Shown here: one piece after another, positions 16,422 to 25,539 of the stretch
How the letters are laid out: the number at the start of each line of letters is the position of its first letter
How positions within the stretch are numbered: the first letter of the stretch is position 1
Source of the DNA: Eubacteriales bacterium
GTDB lineage: Bacteria > Bacillota > Clostridia > Oscillospirales > CAG-272
Direction: 5' to 3'
Assembly: GCA_045632565.1 (NCBI GenBank)
Contig: JAZQWX010000075.1
Location: forward strand, 1 to 36,646
Length of the DNA: 36,646 bases
Made by a program: the position numbers and the translations under genes
Notes under the pieces: model-generated
Databases searched by the model: none
The model's input: the letters and a program-made list of their open reading frames with translations, nothing else
What the model was told of the DNA's origin: nothing

Positions 16422-16955
16422 TCACAGAAGCTTTTCAAAGGCCACGCGGAGCGCACCTGTACGGTGCAGGCGGATATGACCGCAACGGACAAAGCCGAGG
16501 CTTTCGAGAAAGGCCTGCATCACGCGGTTATCGTCATGCGTATCAATACGCAGCGAGGCGCATCCGTGCTCGCGTGCGATACGCGCGGCGCTTTCCATGA
16601 TAAAGGAGGCAAGCCCCTTGCGTTTCATAGAGGCAGCGGTGGCAATGCGGTGCACCGCGCAATACTGTTTATCCGAGATCCATGCACCGTCCACCATCGG
16701 TGCTTCGTAGTCGATATCCTTATCGGGAACGATGGCGGCGGTGGCGGCAGGGGCGCGGGATACGCACACAAGATAGCTGTGCCCCTTGGCGATATCCTCA
16801 CGCAAAATCGCTTCGTTCGGATAGCCGTCTGCCCATTGGTCAACGCCTGCGGCGGCCAGGGCGCGGCGGCCGTCATCCCAGATGGAAAGAACGGCGGAAA
16901 TATCCGCCTCCTCGGTGCGGCGGATGGTAGTCATGCAGGTCATATACTTGTTCAT
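16422..16955 (-). CDS. GNAT family N-acetyltransferase
   Basis: Acetyl-CoA-binding-type motif ...HRIATAASMKRKGLASFIME... The start is placed at ATG 16955 behind GAGGAG. Confidence 0.8.
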   Translation of the reverse strand: MNKYMTCMTTIRRTEEADISAVLSIWDDGRRALAAAGVDQWADGYPNEAILREDIAKGHSYLVCVSRAPAATAAIVPDKDIDYEAPMVDGAWISDKQYCAVHRIATAASMKRKGLASFIMESAARIAREHGCASLRIDTHDDNRVMQAFLESLGFVRCGHIRLHRTGALRVAFEKLL

Positions 16956-16969
16956 GTTAAGCACTCCTC

Positions 16970-17929
16970 TTATACGGTAGCCAGCAGGGCGCAAAGGTCA
17001 CCTGCCACGGAATATTTCCCTGTTTTGGCGGGGATGAAATAGGTGTCGCCTTTGTTGATGGGGTGTTTTTCACCGGCAAACAGAATATAGCCGTTCCCTT
17101 CCGTGCACAGGATGGCGTGGAAGCTTCTCTCATCGGCAAAACGTGTTGTTTCACCCGCGATACACAGGCGCTCTGTGCAAAAATAACGGCAATGCGCGAG
17201 GGTATTTTCCCCATCCTCTTCCGTGCGCGCCTCGTAACGGAGCTTCTCGATCTCGGCATCCGTGAAGGGGCGGGTCACGTCAAGGGCTTGCTTGACGTGA
17301 AGATCGCGCAGACTGCCGTCCGGTTGGCGGCGGTCGTAGTCATACACGCGGTACGTCAGGTCGGAATTCTGCTGAATCTCGGCGAGCACGATCCCCGCGC
17401 CGATGGCGTGCACCATGCCGGACGGAATAAAGAACACGTCACCCGGCTTGACGGGGCGGAAGGCAAGCGCATCCGCGATCTTCCCTGCCGCCACCGCCTT
17501 GGCAAAGGCGGCGCGGTCTATGCCCTCCCGCAGGCCAAAGACAAGGCGGGCGTCCTTTTCGGCGGCCAGCACCACCCACATTTCGGTCTTGCCGAGGTCG
17601 TCTTCCCGTTCGGCGGCATACGCGTCATCGGGGTGCACCTGCACGGAAAGATCCTCACGCGCGTCGATCAGCTTGATAAGCAGGGGAAAATCCCCGCCGT
17701 TATACGAAGGGCTAACGGCATCATTTCCGATGGTCGAAATGGCATCTGCCAATGTTTTTTGCGCGAAAATTCCGTTTTCTACGCAGCTCATGGAGTCTTC
17801 TCTTACCGAAAGCTCCCAGGTTTCACCCAGCCTGTCCAGATTGGACTGCTTGCCGAATTCCTCGGCAAGACGAGTGCCGCCCCAGATGCGGTACTTGGGC
17901 AAAAAAGTCAATTTCATCGGGTAACGCAT
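16970..17929 (-). CDS. manA: Mannose-6-phosphate isomerase, class I
   Basis: ...GETWELS..., ...LSVQVHPDD..., ...GKTEMWVVL... and ...FIPSGMVHAIG... are cupin metal-site motifs of type I PMI. Confidence 0.9.
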   Translation of the reverse strand: MRYPMKLTFLPKYRIWGGTRLAEEFGKQSNLDRLGETWELSVREDSMSCVENGIFAQKTLADAISTIGNDAVSPSYNGGDFPLLIKLIDAREDLSVQVHPDDAYAAEREDDLGKTEMWVVLAAEKDARLVFGLREGIDRAAFAKAVAAGKIADALAFRPVKPGDVFFIPSGMVHAIGAGIVLAEIQQNSDLTYRVYDYDRRQPDGSLRDLHVKQALDVTRPFTDAEIEKLRYEARTEEDGENTLAHCRYFCTERLCIAGETTRFADERSFHAILCTEGNGYILFAGEKHPINKGDTYFIPAKTGKYSVAGDLCALLATV

Positions 17930-17956
17930 ACAGCCTCTCCCTGTCTTTTTGCGGCT

Positions 17957-17985
17957 ATTATAGCACGGACGCGGCGCTTTGTCAA
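17957..17985 (-). promoter_or_regulatory. Consensus sigma-A promoter for manA
   Basis: Minus strand: TTGACA (17980-17985), 17 nt, TATAAT (17957-17962) preceded by TGc. Confidence 0.7.
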
Positions 17986-18102
17986 GAAAAGTCGGTCGGC
18001 AAAAAGAAATTCCCGCACGTTTTTTTCGGTTTTGCTTTACTTTTGCTTTCTCTTGTGTTATAGTATACTTGTATAACTATTACTTGAAAGAGAGGAGCTC
18101 CT

Positions 18103-21015
18103 ATGGCGAACACTCCCGATACGAGCAAAAAGCGGTCTGTGTGCGATCGCCTTGCCGCACTTTTCCCCGAAAAAGAAAAGCCGCTCGGCAAAAGGGATCA
18201 CTCCTATCTTGTGTGGTGCTTCCTCATTCCCCTTTCCATCATGCTGATCCTGTACGTGCTGGACGAGGTTTTCCCGTTTGGAGAAAAATCCGTGCTCGTG
18301 CTGGATGCCAACGTGCAGTACGTGGGCTTCTTTGAGGCGTTGCGTGCCTTCGTATGGGGGGATGCTTCGATGCTCTACTCCTTTTCCCGCTCGCTTGGCG
18401 GAGAGATGATGGGCATTTACGCCTATTATCTGGCAAGCCCCCTCTCCTATATCGTCGCCATTTTCCCCGAGAGCATGATGACCGAGGCGATCTTCACCAT
18501 TCACGTTCTGAAGGTAGGGCTGTGCGGACTGACCTTTGGCTTCTATCTGGACAGACAGCAGCATTCCCGCCCGCTTGAGGTGCTTCTGTTCTCCACCCTG
18601 TATGCCCTGACCTCCTTTGCCGTGGTGATGCAGCACAACACCATGTGGACGGACGTGATGATCCTTTTGCCCCTGCTGACGCTCGGCATTGAAAGGCTGG
18701 TAAAATACCGCCGCTTCGGTCTTTACGTTGTGGCACTTTCCCTCTCCCTGCTTTCGAATTTCTACATCGGGTATATGAGCTGTATCTACACGCTGCTCTA
18801 TTTCCTGTACTACTTTTACGGATACACGGCGCATCACCGCAACAATCCCCTGCGCGAGAAGAACCATTATCTGCGTTCTCTTGTACGCATGGCCTTTTAC
18901 TCGATCCTGTCGATCGGCGTAGCCGCCATTATTCTGCTGACGGTGAGCTATTCCCTTTCCTTTGGCAAAAACGATTTCACCGATCCGAGCTATCTGCCGA
19001 AATGGCAGTTCAATCCCCTTGATTTCTTTGCGAAGCTGCTGCCCGGTGTGTACGATTCGGTCGAGCCGGAGGGCTTTCCCTTTGTGTATTGCGGCACGCT
19101 GACGCTCCTGCTTCTGCCCCTTTATTTCCTAAACCGCCGTTTTGCGCGGCGCGAGAGGATCGCGGGCGGCGCGCTGATCCTGGTGTTCTATATTTCCATG
19201 TCGATCAGCTCGCTGGACATGCTGTGGCACGGCGGACAGGCGCCGAACTGGCTCAATTACCGCTACGCCTTTTTCCTGTGCTTCATTTTGCTGGTGCTGG
19301 CCTCCCGTGCCCTTGCCCGCCTAAAGGACACGTCCTGTAAGGTCATTTTGTCGGTTTCGGGCGTGATCCTGCTTCTTATCGGCTTGGTGGCGGTGGCCAA
19401 TTACGAATTTATTCCGACAAGCACCCTGATCGTTGCCGCGTTGCTTGTGGCGGCGGTGGCAGCCATTCTTACGGCCATGCGCCGTTGGGGAAGCATGCGG
19501 CCGCTTTTCACGATCCTGCTTGTATGCGTCTTGCTCGCGGAGGTCTTTTACAACGGCAACCTGCAGCTTGCCGCACTCCACGAAAACGTGGGCGAGAGCG
19601 AGCGCGACAAGTACCAGGATCACCACGAATATTATCAGCCGATCGTGGATTATATCCACGCGCAGGACACCGATTTTTACCGTGTGGAGGCCTTTTACCG
19701 CCGCGTAACGAATGATCCGTTTGAGCTTGGCTATCGCGGTGTTTCCGGCTCTACCTCGACGCTTAACGAAAAAACGCTGACCTTCCTCCGCCGTCTTGGC
19801 ATTCAGGCAGGCGCGCACTGGTCGGAGCACAAGGGCAGCACCACGGCGCTTGATTCCCTGCTTGGTATCAAGTATATCTTCTCCCCTTACGAGGTGACGC
19901 CGAGTCCCGGCTACGAGCTGCTTTACGGCGCGCCGAATTACGTTTACAAAAATCCTTACGCTCTGCCGATCGCCTATGCGGTCAGCTCCCGCGTGAACGC
20001 GCTGTCGCTTGGGGATATCCGCGAGCCGCTTGCGCGGCAGAACGCGCTGGTGGGCGCTTTGCTTGGTGAGGATGCGGCCGAGATCTTTATTCCCATCAAG
20101 GCCACAAGCGCGAGCTTTGACAAGGTCGATGCGGACGTGTACGAAATTGACGGCAGAATGTACGTGGAGCTGATCTCCCATTACTACCGCGAGAATCAAG
20201 CGGCGATCGAGGCCGGTGACATCCCATTGGACGAGCAACGCGCGCCCGAATCCGGCATGACCTTTACGGTCACAACGGAAAAGGCGGGCAAGTTGTATTT
20301 CTATATCCCCACGGCATACCGAAACGAGCTGGCAGTATATGCCAATGACGTGAAGCGTGACTCGCTCTTCCACGACGAGGACGATTACCTCTTAAGCCTT
20401 GGCAATTACGAGGCCGGAGAGGAGGTAACGGTCAAGCTCCGCATGGAAAAGAGCGCGTTCTTCTACTACGAGCAGGGCACGGTGTTCTTCTATCAGGAGG
20501 ACGAGGCGATGGCGGCCGAAAAGCTGCCGCAGCTCTCGGGAAACGGCATCCTGCTTTCGGAGTGGAGCGACACCTATTTCAAGGGAAAGATCGTTACCAC
20601 CGAAAAGCGCCCGACCGTTTTGACCACCATTCCCTACGACCTTGGCTGGCAGATTACAGTAGACGGACAGGCTGTGGAGATCTACGAAACGCTGGACGCC
20701 CTGATCGCCTTCGATCTTGCCCCCGGAGAGCATGAGATTGAGATGGTCTACCGCCCGTCCTGCTATGTGATCGGGCGTGCCGTTTCCCTTATTTCTCTTG
20801 GCGTTTTTCTGCTTCTGTTTGTCTTTGACACTCTTCTTCGACGCGGTGTGATCCGCGTCAAGGAGGGCAAGCTTCGTTCTCTGCTTTCGGTGCTTTTCTC
20901 GTTTGAGAACGGACCGATCGCCGAACCGAATTATCTCTTGGACGAGTATATGCTCCCGCCAAGGGAGAGGGAAACCAAGCCAAATGAAGAGGAGGGGCAA
21001 GCGAATGCCGAGTAA
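18103..21015 (+). CDS. YfhO family membrane protein (GT-C-like glycosyltransferase family)
   Basis: 970 aa. The polytopic N-terminal two-thirds has a YfhO-like start (...FPFGEKSVLVLDANVQYVGFFEAL...SFSRSLGGEMMG...), followed by a large extracytoplasmic C-terminal region and a terminal TM segment. Confidence 0.85.
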   Translation: MANTPDTSKKRSVCDRLAALFPEKEKPLGKRDHSYLVWCFLIPLSIMLILYVLDEVFPFGEKSVLVLDANVQYVGFFEALRAFVWGDASMLYSFSRSLGGEMMGIYAYYLASPLSYIVAIFPESMMTEAIFTIHVLKVGLCGLTFGFYLDRQQHSRPLEVLLFSTLYALTSFAVVMQHNTMWTDVMILLPLLTLGIERLVKYRRFGLYVVALSLSLLSNFYIGYMSCIYTLLYFLYYFYGYTAHHRNNPLREKNHYLRSLVRMAFYSILSIGVAAIILLTVSYSLSFGKNDFTDPSYLPKWQFNPLDFFAKLLPGVYDSVEPEGFPFVYCGTLTLLLLPLYFLNRRFARRERIAGGALILVFYISMSISSLDMLWHGGQAPNWLNYRYAFFLCFILLVLASRALARLKDTSCKVILSVSGVILLLIGLVAVANYEFIPTSTLIVAALLVAAVAAILTAMRRWGSMRPLFTILLVCVLLAEVFYNGNLQLAALHENVGESERDKYQDHHEYYQPIVDYIHAQDTDFYRVEAFYRRVTNDPFELGYRGVSGSTSTLNEKTLTFLRRLGIQAGAHWSEHKGSTTALDSLLGIKYIFSPYEVTPSPGYELLYGAPNYVYKNPYALPIAYAVSSRVNALSLGDIREPLARQNALVGALLGEDAAEIFIPIKATSASFDKVDADVYEIDGRMYVELISHYYRENQAAIEAGDIPLDEQRAPESGMTFTVTTEKAGKLYFYIPTAYRNELAVYANDVKRDSLFHDEDDYLLSLGNYEAGEEVTVKLRMEKSAFFYYEQGTVFFYQEDEAMAAEKLPQLSGNGILLSEWSDTYFKGKIVTTEKRPTVLTTIPYDLGWQITVDGQAVEIYETLDALIAFDLAPGEHEIEMVYRPSCYVIGRAVSLISLGVFLLLFVFDTLLRRGVIRVKEGKLRSLLSVLFSFENGPIAEPNYLLDEYMLPPRERETKPNEEEGQANAE

Positions 21016-21214
21016 TATTCTGCGCCTTGCGACAGGCGACAGGCTGGAAATGAAAAAGCCCCATCCCTGCGGCTCGCGCGTGTTTACGGTCATGCGTGTC
21101 GGCAGCGACGTGCGCGTGGTCTGCGAGGGCTGCGGACGGGACATGGTGCTTGACCGTGTGAAGCTGGAAAAGGCGGTACGCGCCAAGCTGACCGAAGAAA
21201 ACGATAAAGATTAA
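21005..21214 (+). CDS. DUF951 family small protein
   Basis: Start at ATG 21005 behind GAGGAGGGG, overlapping the yfhO end by 11 nt. The core ...MKKPHPCGS..F.V.RVGSDVRVVCEGCGRDMVLDR.KLEK... is typical of DUF951. Confidence 0.8.
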   Translation: MPSNILRLATGDRLEMKKPHPCGSRVFTVMRVGSDVRVVCEGCGRDMVLDRVKLEKAVRAKLTEENDKD

Positions 21215-21232
21215 GAAAACAGAGGTTGCGTT

Positions 21233-21856
21233 ATGTTTTATCATATTGCGGGCGAATACGTGCACAGCGAGGAAAGCTTCGTGGTGCTGGACTGTGGCGG
21301 CGTCGGATACAAGCTGACGGTCAGCCGCACGACGGCAGATGCATTGGGCTATCCCGGTGCAAAAGAGGGGAAGGTCAAGCTGTTCACCAATCTGCAGGTA
21401 CGTGAGGACGGCGTGGAGCTGTTTGGCTTTTACACCGAAGAGGAGCTTGAAGCCTTCCGCATGCTGATCGCGGTTTCGGGCGTTGGCCCGAAGGCGGCGA
21501 TGGCCATTCTTTCCCTCTTCACCCCCGACAAGCTGGCCATGTTGGTAGCCGCCGAGGACGTCAAGGCCATTTCCCGTGCCAACGGCATCGGCCCGAAGAC
21601 GGCGGCGCGCGTGGTGCTGGAGCTGAAGGACAAGTTCAAGGGGCTTCCCACCGCGGGGACGGCTGTTCATTCGGGTACTGCCCCCGGCTTTGGCGGCAGT
21701 GCGGTATCGGGCGGCAAGCTGAGCGAGGCGGTGGAGGCACTGACGGTGCTGGGCTACAGTCGTACCGAGGTCATGGCCGCTTTGCAAAAGATGAGCACCG
21801 CGACCATGTCCGTTGAGGAAATGATTACCTCTGCCCTGAAATATTTTGCGAAATGA
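21233..21856 (+). CDS. ruvA: Holliday junction branch migration complex subunit RuvA
   Basis: N-terminal OB domain (...VVLDCGGVGYKLTVS...), HhH motifs (...SGVGPKAAMAILS..., ...ANGIGPKTAARVVLELK...) and C-terminal domain III. Confidence 0.95.
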   Translation: MFYHIAGEYVHSEESFVVLDCGGVGYKLTVSRTTADALGYPGAKEGKVKLFTNLQVREDGVELFGFYTEEELEAFRMLIAVSGVGPKAAMAILSLFTPDKLAMLVAAEDVKAISRANGIGPKTAARVVLELKDKFKGLPTAGTAVHSGTAPGFGGSAVSGGKLSEAVEALTVLGYSRTEVMAALQKMSTATMSVEEMITSALKYFAK

Positions 21857-21865
21857 GGATAGGTC

Positions 21866-22948
21866 ATGCCGAACGAGTTAGAAGAATTTGACTTTGAAAA
21901 TCGCATCGTATCCACCGAAGAGATCCCCGCTGACCGCGATGCGGAGCTTTCCCTGCGCCCGCGTTCTCTTGAAGAATACACCGGCCAGGCAAAGGCCAAG
22001 GAAAACCTGCGGGTGTATATCGAATCCGCCAAGTTGCGCGGCGATTCGCTGGATCACGTGCTGCTGTACGGCCCTCCCGGTCTGGGTAAAACCACCCTGT
22101 CTGCCATCATCGCAAACGAGATGGGGGTCAACATCCGCACCACCTCCGGTCCTGCGATCGAAAAGCAGGGGGATCTGGCGGCCATTCTGACCAACCTTGC
22201 CCCCGGGGACGTCTTGTTTATCGACGAGATCCACCGCCTGCCGCGGCAGGTTGAGGCAATTCTCTACCCCGCCATGGAGGAATTTGCGCTGGATATCATC
22301 ATCGGCAAGGGGCCGAGCGCGCGCAGCATCCGTCTGCCCATTCCGAAATTCACCCTGATCGGTGCGACCACGCGCGCGGGACAGCTTTCCACGCCTCTGC
22401 GTGACCGCTTCGGCGTGATCCTGAAGCTGGAGCTTTACACGAAGGAGGAGCTTGCCTCGATCGTGTCCCGTTCCGCTTCCATTCTGGGAATTGAGATCTC
22501 CCCCGACGGCGCGCTTGAGCTTGCTTCCCGTTCCCGCGGCACGCCGCGTATTGCCAACCGTCTGCTCAAGCGTATCCGCGACTTTGCGCTGGTGCGCGGC
22601 AACGGCGTGATCGACGAGGCGATCGCCCGCGAGGGACTGCGCCTTCTGGAGATCGACGAGCTTGGCCTTGACAACACCGACCGCCGCATGCTGGAGGCGA
22701 TCATCAAGTATTACGGCGGCGGCCCTGTCGGACTTGACACGCTGGCGGCCACCATCGGCGAGGAGGCTATTACCATCGAGGATGTATACGAGCCCTACCT
22801 GCTTCAGATCGGCTTCCTGTCCCGCACGCCGCGCGGCCGTTGCGCGACGGCCGGGGCGTACAATCACCTTGGCTTGCCCTTCCCTGCGGCGGCAGGCAAT
22901 CCGACAAGAGCCAATCAGCCAAGCCTGTTTGACAGCGACGAGGACTGA
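21866..22948 (+). CDS. ruvB: Holliday junction branch migration DNA helicase RuvB
   Basis: Walker [10 protein letters not shown], Walker [10 protein letters not shown] and the sensor/arginine finger region. Highly typical RuvB sequence. Confidence 0.97.
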   Translation: MPNELEEFDFENRIVSTEEIPADRDAELSLRPRSLEEYTGQAKAKENLRVYIESAKLRGDSLDHVLLYGPPGLGKTTLSAIIANEMGVNIRTTSGPAIEKQGDLAAILTNLAPGDVLFIDEIHRLPRQVEAILYPAMEEFALDIIIGKGPSARSIRLPIPKFTLIGATTRAGQLSTPLRDRFGVILKLELYTKEELASIVSRSASILGIEISPDGALELASRSRGTPRIANRLLKRIRDFALVRGNGVIDEAIAREGLRLLEIDELGLDNTDRRMLEAIIKYYGGGPVGLDTLAATIGEEAITIEDVYEPYLLQIGFLSRTPRGRCATAGAYNHLGLPFPAAAGNPTRANQPSLFDSDED

Positions 22949-22995
22949 TTTTTAGCGTTTTTTGAAAAAATATAATATATATTGAAAAAAACCTC

Positions 22996-23024
22996 TTGAC
23001 AAACGAAGAACGGTATGATATACT
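22996..23024 (+). promoter_or_regulatory. Sigma-A promoter for the rpmG-secE-nusG-rplKA cluster
   Basis: TTGACA (22996-23001), 17 nt, TATACT (23019-23024) preceded by TGa. A/T-tract UP-like region at 22950-22990. Confidence 0.7.
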
Positions 23025-23172
23025 GTCCTTACCTCTGTTGGGAGGTTTTTTTGTTGTGCTCTTTCACTGGGACGGGAGTGCGCAACACCCGACACGAGGG
23101 AGGTACGCGCCGCGCTTCGGCGTGGCTTACGCGGGGCTTTTGCCCCAATTCTGAATAGGAGGTGCCGAACTT

Positions 23173-23340
23173 ATGGCTAAGAAAAATGACGCAAGAGTCA
23201 AGATTACCCTGGCGTGCAGCGAATGCAAGCAGAGAAATTATGACACGGAAAAGAACAAGAAGAACGATCCGGACAGAATCGAACAGAACAAGTTTTGCCG
23301 TTTTTGCCGCAAACACACCCTGCATAAGGAAACCAAGTAA
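23173..23340 (+). CDS. rpmG: 50S ribosomal protein L33 (not in the ORF track, 55 aa)
   Basis: Hand translation: [55 protein letters not shown]. CxxC...CxxC L33 signature, with RBS AGGAGGTG 8 nt upstream. Confidence 0.93.
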   Translation: MAKKNDARVKITLACSECKQRNYDTEKNKKNDPDRIEQNKFCRFCRKHTLHKETK

Positions 23341-23382
23341 TTCCCGGCGGGATCCCAAATCTATTATTTGAGAGGTTGCACA

Positions 23383-23616
23383 ATGGCAGAAAATACTGAA
23401 AAGAAACAGGGCTTCTTTGCCCGTCTGTTTGGCGGTATCGCTAAATTCTGGCGCGATTTCACCAGCGAAGCAAAAAAAGTTGTATGGATGTCCGGCTCGG
23501 ACGTTCGTAAAAACACGCTGCTGGTCGTTGCCGCAGCAATCATTGTCAGCGTTGTCATCGGTCTGCTTGACTTCGGTTTTTCCAACGCAATTCAGGCGCT
23601 GGGCCGTCTTGTGTAA
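23383..23616 (+). CDS. secE: Preprotein translocase subunit SecE
   Basis: Start at ATG 23383 (MAENTEKK...) behind GAGAGG. ...KFWRDFTSEAKKVVWMSGSDVRKNTLLVV... plus a single TM segment. It sits in the canonical position between rpmG and nusG. Confidence 0.9.
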   Translation: MAENTEKKQGFFARLFGGIAKFWRDFTSEAKKVVWMSGSDVRKNTLLVVAAAIIVSVVIGLLDFGFSNAIQALGRLV

Positions 23617-23628
23617 GGACGTACGATC

Positions 23629-24171
23629 ATGAGTGATATCGATCAGATGAACTTAGGTCCCAGATGGTATGTCGCACACACGTATTCGGGTTATGAAAAC
23701 AAAGTAAAAAGCAGCATTGAGCGCATCGTGGAAAACCGCGGCCTCGGCCACTTGATCTACGACGTCCAGGTTCCTGTGGAGATCACACAGACCGTCAACG
23801 ACAAGGGCGTGGTAAAAGAGGTTGAAACCAAGGTATTCCCCAGCTACGTTCTCATCAAAATGACGATGACCGACGAAAGCTGGCACGTCGTCCGCAACAT
23901 TACCGGTGTGACCGGTTTTGTGGGACCCGGGTCCAAGCCCGTTCCGCTGACGGAGGCGGAGGTGGAGGCACTGCACGTAGAAAGCCGCAAGGAAGAGCTT
24001 GGCTTTAACGTTGGCGATGCCGTTTCCATCATTTCCGGTATGTTTGAGGGTTACAACGGTACCGTTACGGAAATTTCCGATGATAAAAAGCAGGTTACCG
24101 TGCTTGCCTCGACCGGAAAACGTGATATCCCGATCATCGTTGAGGCGAAGGATATCAAGCTTGCAAACTGA
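23629..24171 (+). CDS. nusG: Transcription termination/antitermination factor NusG
   Basis: NGN domain (...RWYVAHTYSGYENKVK...) and C-terminal KOW (...GDAVSIISGMFEGYNGTVTEI...). Confidence 0.95.
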   Translation: MSDIDQMNLGPRWYVAHTYSGYENKVKSSIERIVENRGLGHLIYDVQVPVEITQTVNDKGVVKEVETKVFPSYVLIKMTMTDESWHVVRNITGVTGFVGPGSKPVPLTEAEVEALHVESRKEELGFNVGDAVSIISGMFEGYNGTVTEISDDKKQVTVLASTGKRDIPIIVEAKDIKLAN

Positions 24172-24291
24172 CGGCAGCGCCGCGTTTGCTGAGCCGACAG
24201 GCTCACCCCCTTCCCCGTGCGGAAGGGTAACTCGTGGGAGGGAGAAAATTCTTCATTCTCCCGTGTCAACCACATATGGAGGTATATTGTT

Positions 24292-24717
24292 ATGGCTAAG
24301 AAAATTATGGGTTATATCAAACTGCAGCTTCCCGCCGGCAAGGCAACTCCCCAGCCCCCGGTAGGTCCTGCCCTCGGTCAGTACGGTGTTTCCATCCCGA
24401 ACTTCACCAAGGAATTCAACGAAAGAACCAAGAACGACATCGGTCTGATCATCCCCGTTGTTATTACGGTTTTTGCTGACCGCACCTTTACGTTCATCAC
24501 CAAGACTCCCCCTGCAGCCGTTCTGATCAAGAAGGCTTGCGGCATTGAAACCGCTTCCGCTGCTCCGAACAAGACCAAGGTTGCTTCGCTGACCAAGGAT
24601 CAGGTTCGCAAGATCGCCGAAACGAAGATGCCCGACCTGAACGCCGGTTCCATTGAGGCTGCCATGAGCATGGTTGCCGGTACCGCACGCAGCATGGGTA
24701 TCACGGTAGAAGAGTAA
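24292..24717 (+). CDS. rplK: 50S ribosomal protein L11
   Basis: Start at ATG 24292 ([30 protein letters not shown]...) behind GGAGG. The longer track ORF is an upstream extension. Confidence 0.97.
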   Translation: MAKKIMGYIKLQLPAGKATPQPPVGPALGQYGVSIPNFTKEFNERTKNDIGLIIPVVITVFADRTFTFITKTPPAAVLIKKACGIETASAAPNKTKVASLTKDQVRKIAETKMPDLNAGSIEAAMSMVAGTARSMGITVEE

Positions 24718-24731
24718 GGAGGTAGTTTGAT

Positions 24732-25421
24732 ATGAACATGGGTAAAAAGTATAAAGAGAGCATTGCTCTGATCGAAAAGGCTAAAATGTACGATCCCGCC
24801 GAGGCAGTAGCACTGGTTTGCCAGACTGCAAAGGCAAAGTTTGATGAGACCATCGAGCTGCACATCCGTCTTGGCGTTGACTCCCGTCACGCTGACCAGC
24901 AGGTTCGCGGTGCTATCGTTCTGCCGAACGGCACCGGTAAGACCGTCCGTACCCTCGTATTCGCCCGCGGCGACAACGCCAAGGCTGCTGAGGAGGCCGG
25001 CTCTGATTTCGTAGGTGCTGAGGATCTGGTTGCAAAGATCCAGGGCGGCTGGTTCGATTTCGACGTTGTCATCGCTACCCCTGACATGATGGGTGTGATC
25101 GGCCGTCTGGGTAAGGTGCTCGGTCCTAAGGGCCTGATGCCTAACCCGAAGGCAGGTACCGTTACCCCCGACGTTGGCCGCGCTGTTCGTGAGGCTAAGG
25201 CAGGTAAGATCGAGTACCGTCTTGACAAGACCAACATCATCCACTGCCCCATTGGTAAGGCTTCCTTTGGTGCAGAGAAGATCGCCGAGAACTTTGAAGC
25301 TCTGGTTTCCGCCGTTATCAAGGCAAAGCCGGCTGCTGCAAAGGGCCAGTATATCAAGAGCTGCGTAATCGCATCCACGATGGGCCCCGGCATCAAGATC
25401 AACTACACCAAGCTTGGCTAA
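24732..25421 (+). CDS. rplA: 50S ribosomal protein L1
   Basis: ...[24 protein letters not shown]...LPNGTGK... Typical L1, with RBS AAGGAGG. Confidence 0.97.
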   Translation: MNMGKKYKESIALIEKAKMYDPAEAVALVCQTAKAKFDETIELHIRLGVDSRHADQQVRGAIVLPNGTGKTVRTLVFARGDNAKAAEEAGSDFVGAEDLVAKIQGGWFDFDVVIATPDMMGVIGRLGKVLGPKGLMPNPKAGTVTPDVGRAVREAKAGKIEYRLDKTNIIHCPIGKASFGAEKIAENFEALVSAVIKAKPAAAKGQYIKSCVIASTMGPGIKINYTKLG

Positions 25422-25430
25422 TAGCTGATT

Positions 25431-25466
25431 GGAAGCACTGCGTTTATCGCAGTGCTTCCTTTTTTC
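25431..25466 (+). terminator. Intrinsic terminator after rplA
   Basis: Perfect 12-bp stem GGAAGCACTGCG-tttat-CGCAGTGCTTCC followed by T6. Confidence 0.9.
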
Positions 25467-25539
25467 ATTTCCTCCTTGACAAGAAGCTTCTTATTGTGAT
25501 ATTATCTGCTTGTAACAAGAAAAAGAAAGGGGCTTGCTT

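Noticed and set aside
23162-23371. The 69-aa track ORF over the rpmG locus.
   Set aside because: It is in the wrong frame. The real gene is the 55-aa L33 ORF at 23173..23340, which has a strong SD and the L33 CxxC signature but is below the track's size cut-off.
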